Below are positions 1 through 9,426 of a stretch of DNA of 64,000 nt, piece by piece (positions within the stretch are counted from its first letter, which is position 1; each line of letters begins with the position of its first letter). Below the pieces are notes generated by a model. The model saw only the letters and a list, made by a program, of their open reading frames with translations. It was not told the DNA's origin and did not search any database. Both the position numbers and the translations under genes were made by a program. The stretch spans positions 183,933-247,932 of the IMG/VR virus record IMGVR_UViG_3300031951_021456; one strand, given 5' to 3'.

Positions 1-1205
1 GCTGCAAATAGAATTAATGTTCCTGGTGCTGCTTCAGTTCTTTTTAACAACTCAAGTTTAATCTCATCAGATAAGTTATCTTTAATTGCCCCAATTGTGT
101 CAACCTCTCCATTGTCTCTTACTCTAATAAAGGCAAGACCAGAACCACCAGAGGATTGAACTTCACTAAAAATATCACCTCCAGGTTTAATTCTTACATT
201 GCTGATTAAATTATTACCATTGGGAATGGATATACATTTTACAACTCCACCATTTTGAATTGCACTAGAGAAAATTTTAAATCCAAAATCAACAAATAAA
301 TCGCTCATGTTGATTAGTTTTAAATCATATCTAAGATCAGGCTTATCCGAACCATACTGATCCATAGCTTCATTCCAAGTCATTCTCTGAAATGGTAAGT
401 CTAATTTAATTCCTTTAATAGAAAGCCAAATTTGTTGAATAAGCCTTTCATTTAATTCAAGAATTTCATCTTGAGTCATGAAGCTCATTTCCATATCTAA
501 TTGAGTAAATTCTGGCTGCCTATCAGAACGAGGATCTTCATCTCTGAAACATTTAGCGATCTGATAATATTTCTCAAATCCACCAGTCATCAGTAATTGT
601 TTAAAGATTTGAGGTGATTGTGGTAACCCAAACCACTCTCCTTCATGCATTCTACTAGGAACCAAATAGTCTCTAGCACCTCCTTTTGTAGAGCGAATAA
701 GAATTGGAGTTTCAATCTCAATAAAACCTACATTTTCAAGAAAATTGCGAATAGTCTTTGCAGTTTCATGGCGAATAAGAAGATTTCGGGTCATGTTCTC
801 TCGCCTTAAGTCAAGATACCGATGTTTCAATCTTATCTCATCTCTTACAATTTCTTGACCAGAAACTGAAAAAGGAAGAATTGATTTTATAGAATTTAGA
901 ACAACAATATCTTGAATATCTATTTCAATTTTTCCGGTATATATCTTCTCATTAACTGATTCTTGGGGTCTTTCTTTTACGACCCCACAAACTTGAATGA
1001 CCGTTTCTTCTTTTAGTTGTTCAGCAATTGAAAATAAGTTTTCTCCAATTTCAGGGCTAACTGTTAGTTGAACAATTCCAGAACGATCCCTAAGATCAAT
1101 GAATATAAAACCACCATGATCTCTTCGGCTATGAACCCACCCACAAAGTTTAACCTTTTGGTTAATTTCTTCAGAACATAATTGACCGCAATGATGACTT
1201 CTCAT
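1..1205 (-). CDS. aspS: Aspartyl-tRNA synthetase, bacterial/cyanobacterial type, N-terminal ~401 aa (runs off the window edge; not in ORF track)
   Basis: Manual translation from ATG at 1205: MRSHHCGQL...[27 protein letters not shown] (OB fold), RYLDLRR, motif 1 region [36 protein letters not shown], motif 2 [34 protein letters not shown] and cyanobacterial GAD-domain text [14 protein letters not shown]...[24 protein letters not shown]; open to the edge. Confidence 0.96.
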   Translation of the reverse strand, partial: MRSHHCGQLCSEEINQKVKLCGWVHSRRDHGGFIFIDLRDRSGIVQLTVSPEIGENLFSIAEQLKEETVIQVCGVVKERPQESVNEKIYTGKIEIDIQDIVVLNSIKSILPFSVSGQEIVRDEIRLKHRYLDLRRENMTRNLLIRHETAKTIRNFLENVGFIEIETPILIRSTKGGARDYLVPSRMHEGEWFGLPQSPQIFKQLLMTGGFEKYYQIAKCFRDEDPRSDRQPEFTQLDMEMSFMTQDEILELNERLIQQIWLSIKGIKLDLPFQRMTWNEAMDQYGSDKPDLRYDLKLINMSDLFVDFGFKIFSSAIQNGGVVKCISIPNGNNLISNVRIKPGGDIFSEVQSSGGSGLAFIRVRDNGEVDTIGAIKDNLSDEIKLELLKRTEAAPGTLILFA

Positions 1206-1236
1206 TTGATTTTTGTTTGTTAATTCCACTAAAGTA

Positions 1237-1242
1237 TATTTA
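1237..1242 (-). promoter_or_regulatory. Possible late-type TAAATA box upstream of aspS
   Basis: TAAATA on the minus strand about 30 nt upstream of the aspS ATG; a short motif in AT-rich DNA. Confidence 0.3.
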
Positions 1243-1299
1243 AATGAAATTTTTTCTACTGGTAGAAGTGGTTGAATATTAATATCAACTAATAAGTTT

Positions 1300-2031
1300 T
1301 TATCCATTTTTTCTACAACTTTGAATTTCATTGATAAATTTGTTAATAGCTAACTCAGCCCAATTTTCTGCACATGTTCTTATCATTCCAATAATAGAAT
1401 TATTATCCTCATGATATGTTATACTATAGCACCTATCCTGCTCACCCCATTTTACTCTATGTGGAACACCATCTTCACACTCAACTTCAAATCTTATTGA
1501 TTCTACCATTTTATTAAATCTCTCATAAGTCCAGGTTGAAAGACTTTTGGTAACCTTTAAATCATAATAGTTATCTTCGTATCCATAAACGCCGGGAATA
1601 AAAACTCTCTCATTTACTACTTCTAGTGTTTCGTTTTTATATTTACTTTTCCCATAAATCGTCTCAGCAAGAGATTTATATAAATGAAACCATCCAGATT
1701 CATGGAGATATGTTCCTAAATCAAAAGAAAAAATATAATCTTTACCTAAAATGTGATCATTATCGGGATAAATACTAATACTAAATCGTCTCCCATCATA
1801 TTTGTGTTCATCATCTAGTAATAGAAGTTTTCCCCACCACTTAGTCTTAAATAAAAATAGTAGATCTAAAGAAACATAAAACTTAAATAAAAACGGTAAA
1901 CAAATGTTGAATGTTATAGTTTTTTCATTGTCATTTTCTAGAATAAGGTTAAGTGCAAACTCATCCTTTGCTCTATAAACTTCAAAATTAATTGAGTTTC
2001 TGTAGTTATTAGAATAAAATGTTTTTCTCAT
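1300..2031 (-). CDS. Hypothetical phage protein
   Basis: 243-aa ORF in a co-oriented minus-strand block. Confidence 0.75.
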   Translation of the reverse strand: MRKTFYSNNYRNSINFEVYRAKDEFALNLILENDNEKTITFNICLPFLFKFYVSLDLLFLFKTKWWGKLLLLDDEHKYDGRRFSISIYPDNDHILGKDYIFSFDLGTYLHESGWFHLYKSLAETIYGKSKYKNETLEVVNERVFIPGVYGYEDNYYDLKVTKSLSTWTYERFNKMVESIRFEVECEDGVPHRVKWGEQDRCYSITYHEDNNSIIGMIRTCAENWAELAINKFINEIQSCRKNG

Positions 2032-2067
2032 GAAGATTTTTTGTTGGGTGGGTTATGGTATATAGAA

Positions 2068-2583
2068 TCAAACAGTGTGATAGATTTGCTGCTTATATTT
2101 TCTTAAATTCATAACAACACCTTTAGCCTCTTCAAATGTTTTAATTCTTGGTGTAATTCCAGCCACCAATCCCTTTGTCATAGCGTTGACTATTGAAAAA
2201 TAAACTTGTAGGTCTTGAGTATTATACCATTCATGAATAAGATAATCATCACTTTCATTAACAACATCAGCTTCTTCGGATTTTTCCCACCATCCTGTCC
2301 ATTCCATACTATAATTTTCTGGATGTATTTTAGCATTAGCAAGAAAAATTCTTAGAGCTTCTTCTGTTTCCCTATGTAACTTTAAATAGTTTTTTTCCTC
2401 TTCTTCAGTCAATTCTGAATCTTCACCAGTTAAAAGTTCATGAATATCTCCAGGAACATATGAGTTACCATAAGGTCTTTTTGGATCAATTTCTGGAGCA
2501 CCAGTTTCACAGTTATTCCATCTAACATACATATTCCTCAGAAGAGTAATATGCTGCTCAGTTAATTTAAATTGATTTGTCAT
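2068..2583 (-). CDS. Conserved phage hypothetical protein
   Basis: 171 aa; N-terminal GAPEIDPKRPYGNS motif recalled from phage hypotheticals. Confidence 0.75.
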   Translation of the reverse strand: MTNQFKLTEQHITLLRNMYVRWNNCETGAPEIDPKRPYGNSYVPGDIHELLTGEDSELTEEEEKNYLKLHRETEEALRIFLANAKIHPENYSMEWTGWWEKSEEADVVNESDDYLIHEWYNTQDLQVYFSIVNAMTKGLVAGITPRIKTFEEAKGVVMNLRKYKQQIYHTV

Positions 2584-2777
2584 AATAATTTTAATAGTTT
2601 GCTTTTTGGAAAGTTTGGTTTTGGAATAGGAATATCAAATTTTCTGCATATATTATAGTAGGTTTGTTGAGTTATTATGTCAGTTTTTAACTCTTCTTGA
2701 GATGCAATTTCAAGATAATAATCATAATAAATATCAATAAAATCTTTACTTGGCTGAATGTCATTAAATGATTTCAT
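2580..2777 (-). CDS. Hypothetical protein
   Basis: 65 aa; 4-bp overlap with the next gene. Confidence 0.6.
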   Translation of the reverse strand: MKSFNDIQPSKDFIDIYYDYYLEIASQEELKTDIITQQTYYNICRKFDIPIPKPNFPKSKLLKLL

Positions 2778-2785
2778 GGATAATT

Positions 2786-2968
2786 CTAAGCTTTTAGAGC
2801 ATCATTTTGTTCTTTCTCTTTATCTTCCCATGGATCAGGACGATAATGTTGAGTAAGCTTTAAATCTTCTCCAATGATTCCGGCGTCTTGTAGAAATTTT
2901 CTACATTTTTCTGGAGTGTTATGTATTTTTAAAAACTCATCAATGTCAGTTCGGGTTAATTTATTCAT
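2786..2968 (-). CDS. Hypothetical protein
   Basis: 60 aa, tightly packed operon. Confidence 0.6.
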   Translation of the reverse strand: MNKLTRTDIDEFLKIHNTPEKCRKFLQDAGIIGEDLKLTQHYRPDPWEDKEKEQNDALKA

Positions 2969-3333
2969 TCTATCTCTGATAAAGAAAGTTGTCCGTTATT
3001 TTCTTCAATTTTTTTAATTCTCAACTCTTCAAGTTTCTCATCAGAAATAAAAGTTTTAAATTCGTCAAACTCATAATAATCAAAGCAACCATGTTTATCT
3101 TGAGCAATAAACTGCATATCAGGTTTTTGTTTAATTTCATTTAGATTTAAAATAGAAATTTCCTTTGCTGTTATTTCCATTCTACTATATAAATCGTCAT
3201 ATGATTCTAAATTCACAATTCGTTCTGTAGCTTTTTTAGCATCTTCTACCGAATCGGCTAAAACTAGAATATCTGCATCAGTATGCCAAGATTGTTCTAC
3301 ATATATTGAAAATAATTTTAATTCATTCATCAT
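2965..3333 (-). CDS. Hypothetical protein
   Basis: 122-aa acidic ORF with operonic overlap. Confidence 0.7.
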   Translation of the reverse strand: MMNELKLFSIYVEQSWHTDADILVLADSVEDAKKATERIVNLESYDDLYSRMEITAKEISILNLNEIKQKPDMQFIAQDKHGCFDYYEFDEFKTFISDEKLEELRIKKIEENNGQLSLSEIE

Positions 3334-3381
3334 TTTTATTCTTCTCTGTTAAATATTGGCCAAGATTATATAAAATAAAGT

Positions 3382-3726
3382 TCATGCTTTTTTAATTAGT
3401 GTGTTTAAGAATTTTCCAAATTCGTTGTTTAATGCACTTCCAATATAGAATTGTAGAAGCCTTTCTCCATAATTTTCCAAAGTTGAAAGTTCATCATAAT
3501 GTGATTTAAAAACTGGCTTCCATTCCATCTGATGTCTATGTAGACACTCTTTGTTGACAATAATTTTAAATTCTATGATAGGAATGAGATCAACCGAAAT
3601 TCTTTCAGATTGTTGAAATACTATGGACTTTTCATCCTCAAACATATTATATGTTGGAATAGTAACTCCATTCTGCTTGAGTGTTTCTTCTTGATCTTTA
3701 TCAAGTTTAAAGGTGCTGTATAACAT
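3382..3726 (-). CDS. Hypothetical protein
   Basis: 114-aa ORF in operon. Confidence 0.65.
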   Translation of the reverse strand: MLYSTFKLDKDQEETLKQNGVTIPTYNMFEDEKSIVFQQSERISVDLIPIIEFKIIVNKECLHRHQMEWKPVFKSHYDELSTLENYGERLLQFYIGSALNNEFGKFLNTLIKKA

Positions 3727-3729
3727 TGA

Positions 3730-4248
3730 TCAATTAGGGATTTTAATAAGATCTTCTCTGAGACATGTAAGAACTTGACCAAGCCAATTGGTTCCTCTCC
3801 AGTTTTTAGGGTCTTGAATGCCTACTGCACCTTCAGCCATTCCAATTCCCCAAACAGTATCGGTTGGAGATGCCTCAACCAAATAATGATCTACAGTGTT
3901 CATAAGATATTCAAAGGCATTTTTATCTTGAGTGAACTTATAAAAACAACCTTCATAGACAATTTGACGAGCATGTGTTCGCCAAACTTGCAAATCAAAA
4001 TTTTTCAATGTTCTCCCTAGTTCTTTTTGTTGTCTTGGATGTTTCTGTCTCATAATAGTTTGAGCACTTTCAAAATCATTAAATAGAAGAGCTTTTTGTT
4101 GCATCATATATTGCTCTGAGCAATTGTAAGGAATGCAAGTTCTAGTGTCAATGAATGGCGTGAATGCCCAATTAGAAAGATAGCCATAATAAAAGAAATG
4201 ATAGTTGTTAAATATCTCAAGATAATTTTGTTCTTTAAATGTAATCAT
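3730..4248 (-). CDS. NADAR family protein (YbiA / T4 gp30.3-like)
   Basis: LSNW...YNCSEQYMMQQKALLFND...QKELGR...KFTQ...LVEASPTDTVWGIG...WRGTNWLGQVL matches the NADAR signature. Confidence 0.92.
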   Translation of the reverse strand: MITFKEQNYLEIFNNYHFFYYGYLSNWAFTPFIDTRTCIPYNCSEQYMMQQKALLFNDFESAQTIMRQKHPRQQKELGRTLKNFDLQVWRTHARQIVYEGCFYKFTQDKNAFEYLMNTVDHYLVEASPTDTVWGIGMAEGAVGIQDPKNWRGTNWLGQVLTCLREDLIKIPN

Positions 4249-4640
4249 AATTCTTGGTAATCATAATTCTTGCCATGGTAAATAATTCTATTAATAAATC
4301 GTCCAAACATTGTCATTTGTCTGTTTGCAATTCTAGATGCCTTATGAATGGTAATGTCGTAAATATACCGATAAGTATTAAATTTACCAGAAGGTAATAT
4401 TAACAAAGACATATAAAACCTAGAATCTTCATTTAGTATAGAACCACAAGGATAAGATAATCCTTCATTATAAGGTTCATATTTTTCACAAACTAATGTC
4501 ACATAATAAGAACAAATTTTGTTTTGATTCACATCTAAAAAATCAGTTACTATACCATAAGACTTTAAATTATTAATATAATTATCTTCAACTGAGATAA
4601 TTCTTTCTTTTGTTATAAGTTTTTTAGTCATTTGCTGCAT
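4245..4640 (-). CDS. Hypothetical protein
   Basis: 131-aa ORF in operon. Confidence 0.6.
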   Translation of the reverse strand: MQQMTKKLITKERIISVEDNYINNLKSYGIVTDFLDVNQNKICSYYVTLVCEKYEPYNEGLSYPCGSILNEDSRFYMSLLILPSGKFNTYRYIYDITIHKASRIANRQMTMFGRFINRIIYHGKNYDYQEL

Positions 4641-4812
4641 TATAAGCTTCTATTTGCTTAATACATTGCTTCCAAGTCGTACTGGAGATTGTTCGGGCAA
4701 ACTTCACAAAAGTATCAGGTTTCCCATAATATTCTGAACAACTACCATCATCCCAAATACCACCAACCTTAAAGTATTCTTCTACAAGTTTTAGGATTTC
4801 TTTTTCAGTCAT
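4624..4812 (-). CDS. Hypothetical protein (start moved to MTEKEILK)
   Basis: 3' part of track ORF 4624..4959; ATG at 4812 directly follows the upstream stop. Confidence 0.55.
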   Translation of the reverse strand: MTEKEILKLVEEYFKVGGIWDDGSCSEYYGKPDTFVKFARTISSTTWKQCIKQIEAYNAAND

Positions 4813-4813
4813 T

Positions 4814-6130
4814 TCATTTAATTTCAGTAGGTAATGATGTGGCGTTGAATGGGAGGTAGTGTGTATCATAATTGCCAGGCTCAGGTTTGCGGAATTTCCA
4901 TTCTTTATAGATGTCAATGAAACACCAACACCTCCCATCCTTGTCACACCACCCCTCACGCTCCCAAGGATTATCGTCCACTACAACAGGAGCAGAGTGG
5001 CAATTCTTAATTAGTTCAGCAGCCTGAATTAGTATATCTGGAAGTTCAGAGCAGCATGGCATTGCTCCAATTTCTTCCATACGTTGAAGATGCCTAGCAT
5101 GATCCTCCATCCACTCAACCAACTTTACGACCTCGCCATCATCTCGTGTTGTTGGCCCATAATCATCTCCATAATCATCACATTCTTGATTGAGTGTGGC
5201 AATAGAATCAAGGGCTCTCCTACTCTCCTTTGAATATTTCTTAAGTAATTCAATAACATGAGCTAAATCCATAGGTTCCATACAGCTCATACCGAAAGAT
5301 TCAAGCCTCTCTACCTCTCTACTGAGTAATTCAACGGCCTCTTTTATCTCGTCTTTAGAAGGAGGAGCTGACAACTGCTCCATTAAAGCATCAGCAATAT
5401 GCCAGGGTGTCCAATATCCATCTTTTTTTGGGGTAAATAGAGGTTGATTTGGTGAACCATTCCATGTAAAACTATAACGCACTAGCTTATTTTCTTCAAC
5501 TTGCTCCTTAGCCTGAGAATCTGGCCTATGGCTCCAAAGTGACAAGATAGCTCTGGCAAATGAACGATGGTTGAACAGATACTCCCGTTGACCTTGTTCT
5601 TGTACTCCAGTTTCTATCCAATGTTTACGTTCAAGATTATCAATATCCTCATCTGTTGGATCCTCATCCGGGTGGGTAGGCCTGATAAAAAGCTCATAGC
5701 GGCCATCTGGTAGCTCTGCAATGTAATCAAACTGAGCATTTTCATAACCACGAAAGTTTGATACATGTAGGATTCCTATCACTTGATCCTTATCCAGATG
5801 AACTGAAGGCTGGCAATCCAATTGATTATTAAAATATCGCGTCCATTCTATTACAGAAACTAGAGGAACTGAACCAAAATAAGGTGTTCCATAGCGTTCT
5901 TTCCACCAAACTCGGAAACTCGTTTCAAGATCTTCATCTGTTACTACCCCATCCGCATGGTGCATCAACCGGGCGTCGGAATTTAAGTCATACAAAGCTG
6001 CTCCGGCAATAGCAATAGCGTCATGATGACTAACTCGCTCGCACCACCTATTATCCTCAGTATTTTTGCAGCATTTATCAACCCAGTCAGAAATCTCAGC
6101 AAAGGTTGGCCGGCGATTAGGTTTCATCAT
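4814..6130 (-). CDS. Modular hypothetical protein, elevated GC
   Basis: 438 aa; C-terminal PWEREGWCDKDGRCW module; preceded by a dyad-motif promoter. Confidence 0.8.
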   Translation of the reverse strand: MMKPNRRPTFAEISDWVDKCCKNTEDNRWCERVSHHDAIAIAGAALYDLNSDARLMHHADGVVTDEDLETSFRVWWKERYGTPYFGSVPLVSVIEWTRYFNNQLDCQPSVHLDKDQVIGILHVSNFRGYENAQFDYIAELPDGRYELFIRPTHPDEDPTDEDIDNLERKHWIETGVQEQGQREYLFNHRSFARAILSLWSHRPDSQAKEQVEENKLVRYSFTWNGSPNQPLFTPKKDGYWTPWHIADALMEQLSAPPSKDEIKEAVELLSREVERLESFGMSCMEPMDLAHVIELLKKYSKESRRALDSIATLNQECDDYGDDYGPTTRDDGEVVKLVEWMEDHARHLQRMEEIGAMPCCSELPDILIQAAELIKNCHSAPVVVDDNPWEREGWCDKDGRCWCFIDIYKEWKFRKPEPGNYDTHYLPFNATSLPTEIK

Positions 6131-6152
6131 ATTTTATCTCTAAACTCTTATT

Positions 6153-6208
6153 AGAGTAGCACACCACTCAAACAAACTTAAAAGTGATGTGCCAGTTTTT
6201 AAAGTGAC
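6153..6208 (-). promoter_or_regulatory. Dyad-motif promoter (GTCACTTTAAAAACTGGCAC + -10 TACTCT)
   Basis: Motif at 6189-6208; -10 box 30 bp downstream. Confidence 0.7.
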
Positions 6209-6253
6209 ATACTTAATCTAATGTACTGTAAATTTTTCATTAATCATATTATT

Positions 6254-7108
6254 TCAATAACAAAACCTATAACTACAAGAATTATTAGGGCAATATACGC
6301 CACCGCCATTAACAATAGTTTCAGCTTCCAATTGTGTTCCACAACTGGGGCATGGGTCAGGATACTCAACTGGTGTTTCTCCATCCACATTATCATCACA
6401 TTGCCTCATAATAATGTAAGGAGCTTCCTTTTCATTATCCTTTAAATCCAAAAATCTATGATAACCATCAATTAAGAAATATTGATTATTAATCCTCTTA
6501 ACAACCCCAACTGGTAAATTTAATTCAAAATCATATGAGGCATAAGAACTATCTTTTTTAAGTCTTGAAACATATTCTCCATTTAAGCCAATTTTATCTA
6601 ATGGAATTTGTTCAATAGTTATGGTATTTGTTTGAATTAAGTTATCCAACAAATAAGAATATTCTTCTGATAGGGCAAATTTAATCTTTTGAATGTCTGT
6701 TTCTTTTTCTAGCATGGTGTTAATAGAATCTAGCATCTCATCATAGTTTTCAAATTCAAATCCACTGATTTCTTCACCATAATATCCATTTGATACTTCT
6801 AAGGAATATAAATTTTTATCATATGCTTTATAAATTCTCATTAAGCGATCTGCACAATATTTTTCTATTTTTGTTAAGTTATAAGATTTTTTTCTAATTT
6901 TATTGGATTTATCTTTATATAATTGCTCAATAACTAGATAATTTAGTGATTTATTTACTTTCTTTATTTTTAAATTAGTAATTTTTCCACACCGGCATAT
7001 TGAATCGCATCCATATAATGAACAATCATACTCATAGTCATAATCACTATCAATCATATAAGTGTTGCCAAATCTCAATTCAAAGTTGTTGTATGTTTTG
7101 GTTTTCAT
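6254..7108 (-). CDS. Protein with a ParB/Srx-like C-terminal domain and terminal Zn-ribbon
   Basis: YFLIDGYHRF (ParB-N-like DGxHR) and CPSC...CPNNSC. Confidence 0.65.
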   Translation of the reverse strand: MKTKTYNNFELRFGNTYMIDSDYDYEYDCSLYGCDSICRCGKITNLKIKKVNKSLNYLVIEQLYKDKSNKIRKKSYNLTKIEKYCADRLMRIYKAYDKNLYSLEVSNGYYGEEISGFEFENYDEMLDSINTMLEKETDIQKIKFALSEEYSYLLDNLIQTNTITIEQIPLDKIGLNGEYVSRLKKDSSYASYDFELNLPVGVVKRINNQYFLIDGYHRFLDLKDNEKEAPYIIMRQCDDNVDGETPVEYPDPCPSCGTQLEAETIVNGGGVYCPNNSCSYRFCY

Positions 7109-7123
7109 AAATTTTAATAGTTT

Positions 7124-7330
7124 TTACTCATTGTTGTCTTGTAGATCAATTTCTGTAATAATATTCTTATTAACATCAATAAAAACAAGCCTCCTTCCTT
7201 TCTTTTCTTCTTGCTTGGCAATAAAGAAAAGAGCAACTCCATTTCTGATACTTTCAGTCATATTGATGCCAAATTCAGCTTTGAGGTGAATTAAAAGAGC
7301 AAAACTTCTTTTGTATTTAGGAGTCTTCAT
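7124..7330 (-). CDS. Ribbon-helix-helix (CopG-like) protein
   Basis: LKAEFGINMTESIRNGVALFFIAKQEEKKGRRLVFID resembles the other RHH paralogs in this window. Confidence 0.6.
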   Translation of the reverse strand: MKTPKYKRSFALLIHLKAEFGINMTESIRNGVALFFIAKQEEKKGRRLVFIDVNKNIITEIDLQDNNE

Positions 7331-7767
7331 TTATTCACCAACAGAGACTGAGAATTTCTTATAACAAACCAAATGCGCTTCCAGACAGGGAGTTTGGCAA
7401 AACGATCAATTCTATCAAGAAGCTCAGTTATTTCCTTTGTAAGCTCTGTTAAATCATTTCTTTTTTGGTTTAAAGCTAATTTTAAGCTTTCACATTCTTT
7501 TATAGATTCATTGAGTTGTATCTTGAATGGAGCTTCCAAAATCTCAAGAAGTTCTGGTTCCACACAGAAAAAGACATCTTTATTTTCTAGCTTTCTCTGA
7601 CAAACATGATGAATTGGTAAATCAATTCTCTCAATAAAGATAGGTTCTTCACCTTTAATTGTCATAAACTGAATGTCATCACATTTGAAGAATGAAAAGG
7701 TCTTTTGATATGGATAAATTATTTGAGATTTTCTTTCAGTTATTCCGTAGATAGTAATTTCTTTCAT
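7327..7767 (-). CDS. Hypothetical coiled-coil protein
   Basis: 146 aa with a heptad-rich C-terminus. Confidence 0.7.
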   Translation of the reverse strand: MKEITIYGITERKSQIIYPYQKTFSFFKCDDIQFMTIKGEEPIFIERIDLPIHHVCQRKLENKDVFFCVEPELLEILEAPFKIQLNESIKECESLKLALNQKRNDLTELTKEITELLDRIDRFAKLPVWKRIWFVIRNSQSLLVNK

Positions 7768-7778
7768 ATTTTTTATGA

Positions 7779-8234
7779 TTAAATATGTGTTATTATTCTC
7801 TCATTATCCTTAGCTCTAAGAATGACTTGTTCTCCATCAGTGCTTGCTTTCTTTGCAATTTTGTAAAGAGCTATGGCACGACGGAACACTTCAGCACCGT
7901 TCATTCCGGTGTCTTTCTGTATCTCATCAAACTCTCGCGCTAGTTCTTCGCTCATTCTTATGCTGAAGCTATCAGAAGGTGTTGAGATGGCTATAGAAGG
8001 TTCAGCAAATGGTTCTAGAAAATCAATAATTTCTCTAATTTTAGCAGAGTCTAAAGTGTGATTGTCTACGATCCAGGGAAGGCCTGTTTCATTATAATAA
8101 TATAGTTCTACATATTCTTTGCCATTTTTAGTATATTTTGATGCACTAAGAGTGCAAGAATCTGTAATTTCTAGAGTTTGTTTGTTAATCTCAGTGGTTG
8201 TCATTGAACTAATAATTGTTTTCTGAATTTTCAA
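7779..8234 (-). CDS. Fusion protein with a C-terminal RHH domain
   Basis: FSIRMSEELAREFDEIQKDTGMNGAEVFRRAIALYKIAK. Confidence 0.75.
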   Translation of the reverse strand: MKIQKTIISSMTTTEINKQTLEITDSCTLSASKYTKNGKEYVELYYYNETGLPWIVDNHTLDSAKIREIIDFLEPFAEPSIAISTPSDSFSIRMSEELAREFDEIQKDTGMNGAEVFRRAIALYKIAKKASTDGEQVILRAKDNERIITHI

Positions 8235-8235
8235 T

Positions 8236-8290
8236 AGTCTAACATATCACTCAAACAAAAGTAAAGTGATGTGCCAGTTCTTAAGGTGTC
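8236..8290 (-). promoter_or_regulatory. Dyad-motif promoter (GACACCTTAAGAACTGGCAC + -10 TAGACT)
   Basis: Motif at 8271-8290; -10 box 29 bp downstream. Confidence 0.7.
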
Positions 8291-8296
8291 CTAATT

Positions 8297-9097
8297 TTAC
8301 ATATACTCTTCTTTAAAACATTCATATCCAGATAACCTAATAGTTTCCTCTCGCCACTTTCTATTTCTTTCTGGAATTTCGCGATAATGAATGTTAATTG
8401 GAATCATTTCAGAACCATCAATATCATTCATAGCATTCCAAAACAATTCATTAAACTTAGAGTCTTTTTTCTGCGTTGAAAATATTGCTAATTTCTTATT
8501 TGGGAACATTGATAGTGCTACAGATAGATCTTCAACAACGGTAGAACTAAAGAAAGCAAATTCGTCTAAAATTAAAAAGTCAAAAGATCTATAATCTTCA
8601 GAATCTCTCCGAGATGAGCAAAATTTAATTTTTGATCCATTTTCAAATGTTATTGAATTTGAATTAATTTCAGTAACCCAATCTTCAAAATATTTGTTAG
8701 TGTTTAAATCATCACAAAATTGCTTAGTAATATCTAATAGTCTTTTAGATTCACTGTAATTAAAACAAACAATTCCAACTTTAGATTTATCATTAAAAAT
8801 TGCATAATGAATAGCAGATATTAATGACAGGGTTGATTTTGTGGATTGTCTAGGCATTTTAAAAATTGTTTGCCTATTGCTGTTAATTGTATTTAACACA
8901 TATTTTTGATAAGGATCTAATTCAATCTTTTTACGTTTAATTGCATCATAGTTTAAAAATTTAAGACAATTAATTGCAAAAATATCTGGATGATCTTTAA
9001 ATATAAAATAGTTCTTTGTTGCACCAGGATTATGTTTAATGCTAGTTCCCGTTAAGGCTTTGATGAATAATTTGACGTTTTTAAATAGACTTTTCAT
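8297..9097 (-). CDS. Terminase large subunit (gp17)-like ATPase domain only
   Basis: LDPYQ (Q motif), MPRQSTKST (degenerate Walker A), LILDEFAF (Walker B), FSTQ (coupling motif), ends at WREETIRLSGYECFKEEY; no nuclease domain. Confidence 0.8.
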   Translation of the reverse strand: MKSLFKNVKLFIKALTGTSIKHNPGATKNYFIFKDHPDIFAINCLKFLNYDAIKRKKIELDPYQKYVLNTINSNRQTIFKMPRQSTKSTLSLISAIHYAIFNDKSKVGIVCFNYSESKRLLDITKQFCDDLNTNKYFEDWVTEINSNSITFENGSKIKFCSSRRDSEDYRSFDFLILDEFAFFSSTVVEDLSVALSMFPNKKLAIFSTQKKDSKFNELFWNAMNDIDGSEMIPINIHYREIPERNRKWREETIRLSGYECFKEEYM

Positions 9098-9419
9098 TTT
9101 CGTATTTTTCTTTAAGATTTAAAAATAATTTATACTCTTTATTATTTTCAGTTTTAATTTCTTTATCAATACTATCATAGATAAAGTTATTCATTTTTTC
9201 TGATTCTATAAGTTCAACTATAACAATTTGTTCAGATAATTTTAGGCCACTTCTTTCATAATCTTTATAATCATTTAATTCCCCACCTAAGATATGACTA
9301 GCAGCATTTAAAACTGCATCTTTTAGCTGTCTCTCTCCATCATATATATCTAAATCATCAATAGATTCTAGACCTTCACCTAAAGTGTCTATAAAGACCA
9401 TATAACGTTTTTGTTCCAT
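9081..9419 (-). CDS. Hypothetical protein
   Basis: 112-aa operonic ORF. Confidence 0.65.
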   Translation of the reverse strand: MEQKRYMVFIDTLGEGLESIDDLDIYDGERQLKDAVLNAASHILGGELNDYKDYERSGLKLSEQIVIVELIESEKMNNFIYDSIDKEIKTENNKEYKLFLNLKEKYENEKSI

Positions 9420-9426
9420 ATTAATT

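Noticed and set aside
1-1205. Host chromosome/prophage junction at aspS
   Set aside because: No att-like repeat or integrase, composition matches the phage, and T4-like cyanophages are lytic. It is not fully excluded without upstream sequence.
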